A DNA stretch of 32,372 bases from Spirogloea muscicola (taxonomy: Eukaryota): NCBI GenBank assembly GCA_009602725.1, contig WELB01000012.1:577487-609858 (forward strand), given 5' to 3'. Numbering within the stretch: position 1 is the first letter of the stretch; each line of letters starts with the position of its first letter. This document shows positions 31,762 to 32,372 of the stretch, one piece after another. Below the pieces are notes generated by a model that was not told the DNA's origin, ran no database searches, and saw nothing but the letters and a program-made list of their open reading frames with translations. The translations under genes and the position numbers were made by a program.

Positions 31762-32037
31762 CCAAACTCACCCCCAACGCCAGCCCCGCCCGAGAAAGGA
31801 CAGCTGGCACCAACCCCTCCGATACACAAATTTTAGTGCGGGCGGCCTCGTCCTCCGTGGCAGCGACACCCCTTGACCCGGCGGTCAAAACGATTTTGAC
31901 CGGCCGACCCGGTGTAACCTGGCCCTTTGTTTCTTTTTGTACTTGGGGCCAGGGGAGGCACTTCAGAGAACAAGCACCCCCTTCTCTCAATTTGTTCATT
32001 CTTTTTGGGCTGGCCTTTTCCAGCCCCTTTCGTCTAT

Positions 32038-32100
32038 GGAAAAGTCGTGTATTTGAAACAATCGAAGGCCAATATGGCTATGTACAAAGGCAAGCACATC
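32038..32100 (-). mobile_element. Family C terminal fragment
   Basis: GTGTATTTGAAACAATCGAAGGCCAATATGGCTATGTACAAAGGCAAGCACATC matches 30535-30587. Confidence 0.8.
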
Positions 32101-32132
32101 TCATGACATCGCAGCTAGCATCTAGCAGCTTC

Positions 32133-32372
32133 CGGAGCTGCTAGAGGAGTGGGGCAGCAGCAGTGGCAGGAGGAATGGAGGGGGGGGGAAAGAGGGCCGG
32201 AAGTGCCAACTGTGGCCTTGTCGACCTGTCCTGCTGGAGCTGCTAGAGGAGTGGGGCAGCAGTAGTAGCAGGAAGGATGGCAGGGGGGGGAAAGGAGGGC
32301 GGAAAGTGCCAATGAGGGCCTTGACGACCTGCCCTGGCAGCAGTAGCAGGAGGAGGGATGGCGGGGGGGGGG
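32133..32372. repeat. ~103-bp tandem repeat (2+ copies, runs off the window); probably the N-terminal repeat region of another family A relative on the minus strand
   Basis: GGAGCTGCTAGAGGAGTGGGGCAGCAG at 32134 and 32237. GGCCTTGTCG and GCAGGAGGGATGGCGGGGG-like motifs recur at 28478-28561. Confidence 0.7.

Larger units (their letters stand above)
9930..32035. repeat. Dispersed short retro-3'-end motif (approx. CCTTGTYMATTCTTTTGGGCTG-N7/8-CAGCCC...GAGCCACTTCTTCT), roughly 25 copies by eye, both orientations
   Basis: Examples on +: 9934, 10797, 11064, 14711, 14742, 16351, 17135, 17608, 17729, 18567, 30343, 30707, 32002. On -: 10942, 13752, 13986, 14105, 14205, 14269, 14466, 15134, 15580, 24055, 29872. 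At 24018-24140, 29838-29990 and 30283-30393 it lies in the 3' UTR of retroelement ORF ends. Confidence 0.8.

Noticed and set aside
9930..32035. Recurrent GGGCTGGC motif as a CRISPR-like repeat-spacer array
   Set aside because: Irregular spacing, both orientations, high divergence, no cas genes and a eukaryotic context. It is explained as retroelement 3' UTR ends.

Overview
Eukaryotic, intron-rich, GC-rich genomic DNA. A plant-type SBDS C-terminal zinc finger and the intron style suggest a green or streptophyte alga (inference). The left ~7 kb holds the 3' four exons of SBDS (+), convergent with a 14-exon mitochondrial-type GUF1/LepA (-) that has one GC-AG intron and an interrupted N-terminus. 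At 8.2-13.6 kb are two tandem 5-exon paralogues missed by the ORF track, encoding signal peptide + 22-cysteine proteins of no family I recognise. From ~9.9 kb to the end lies a dense cluster of RLE-type (CRE-like) non-LTR retrotransposons: one intact 1309-aa ORF, a decayed inverted sister copy, a 5'-truncated copy of a second family and many tiny 3'-end fragments of at least four families (labelled A-D here). These share a C-terminal S-x-S-D-L-x-x-L-[ST]-R-x-Y-stop peptide, stem-loop 3' UTRs and CT-rich (not poly-A) tails, and some are nested in each other with 0-2 bp or no target duplication. All alignments were made by eye, so fragment boundaries are approximate. No CRISPR, rRNA or tRNA was recognised.
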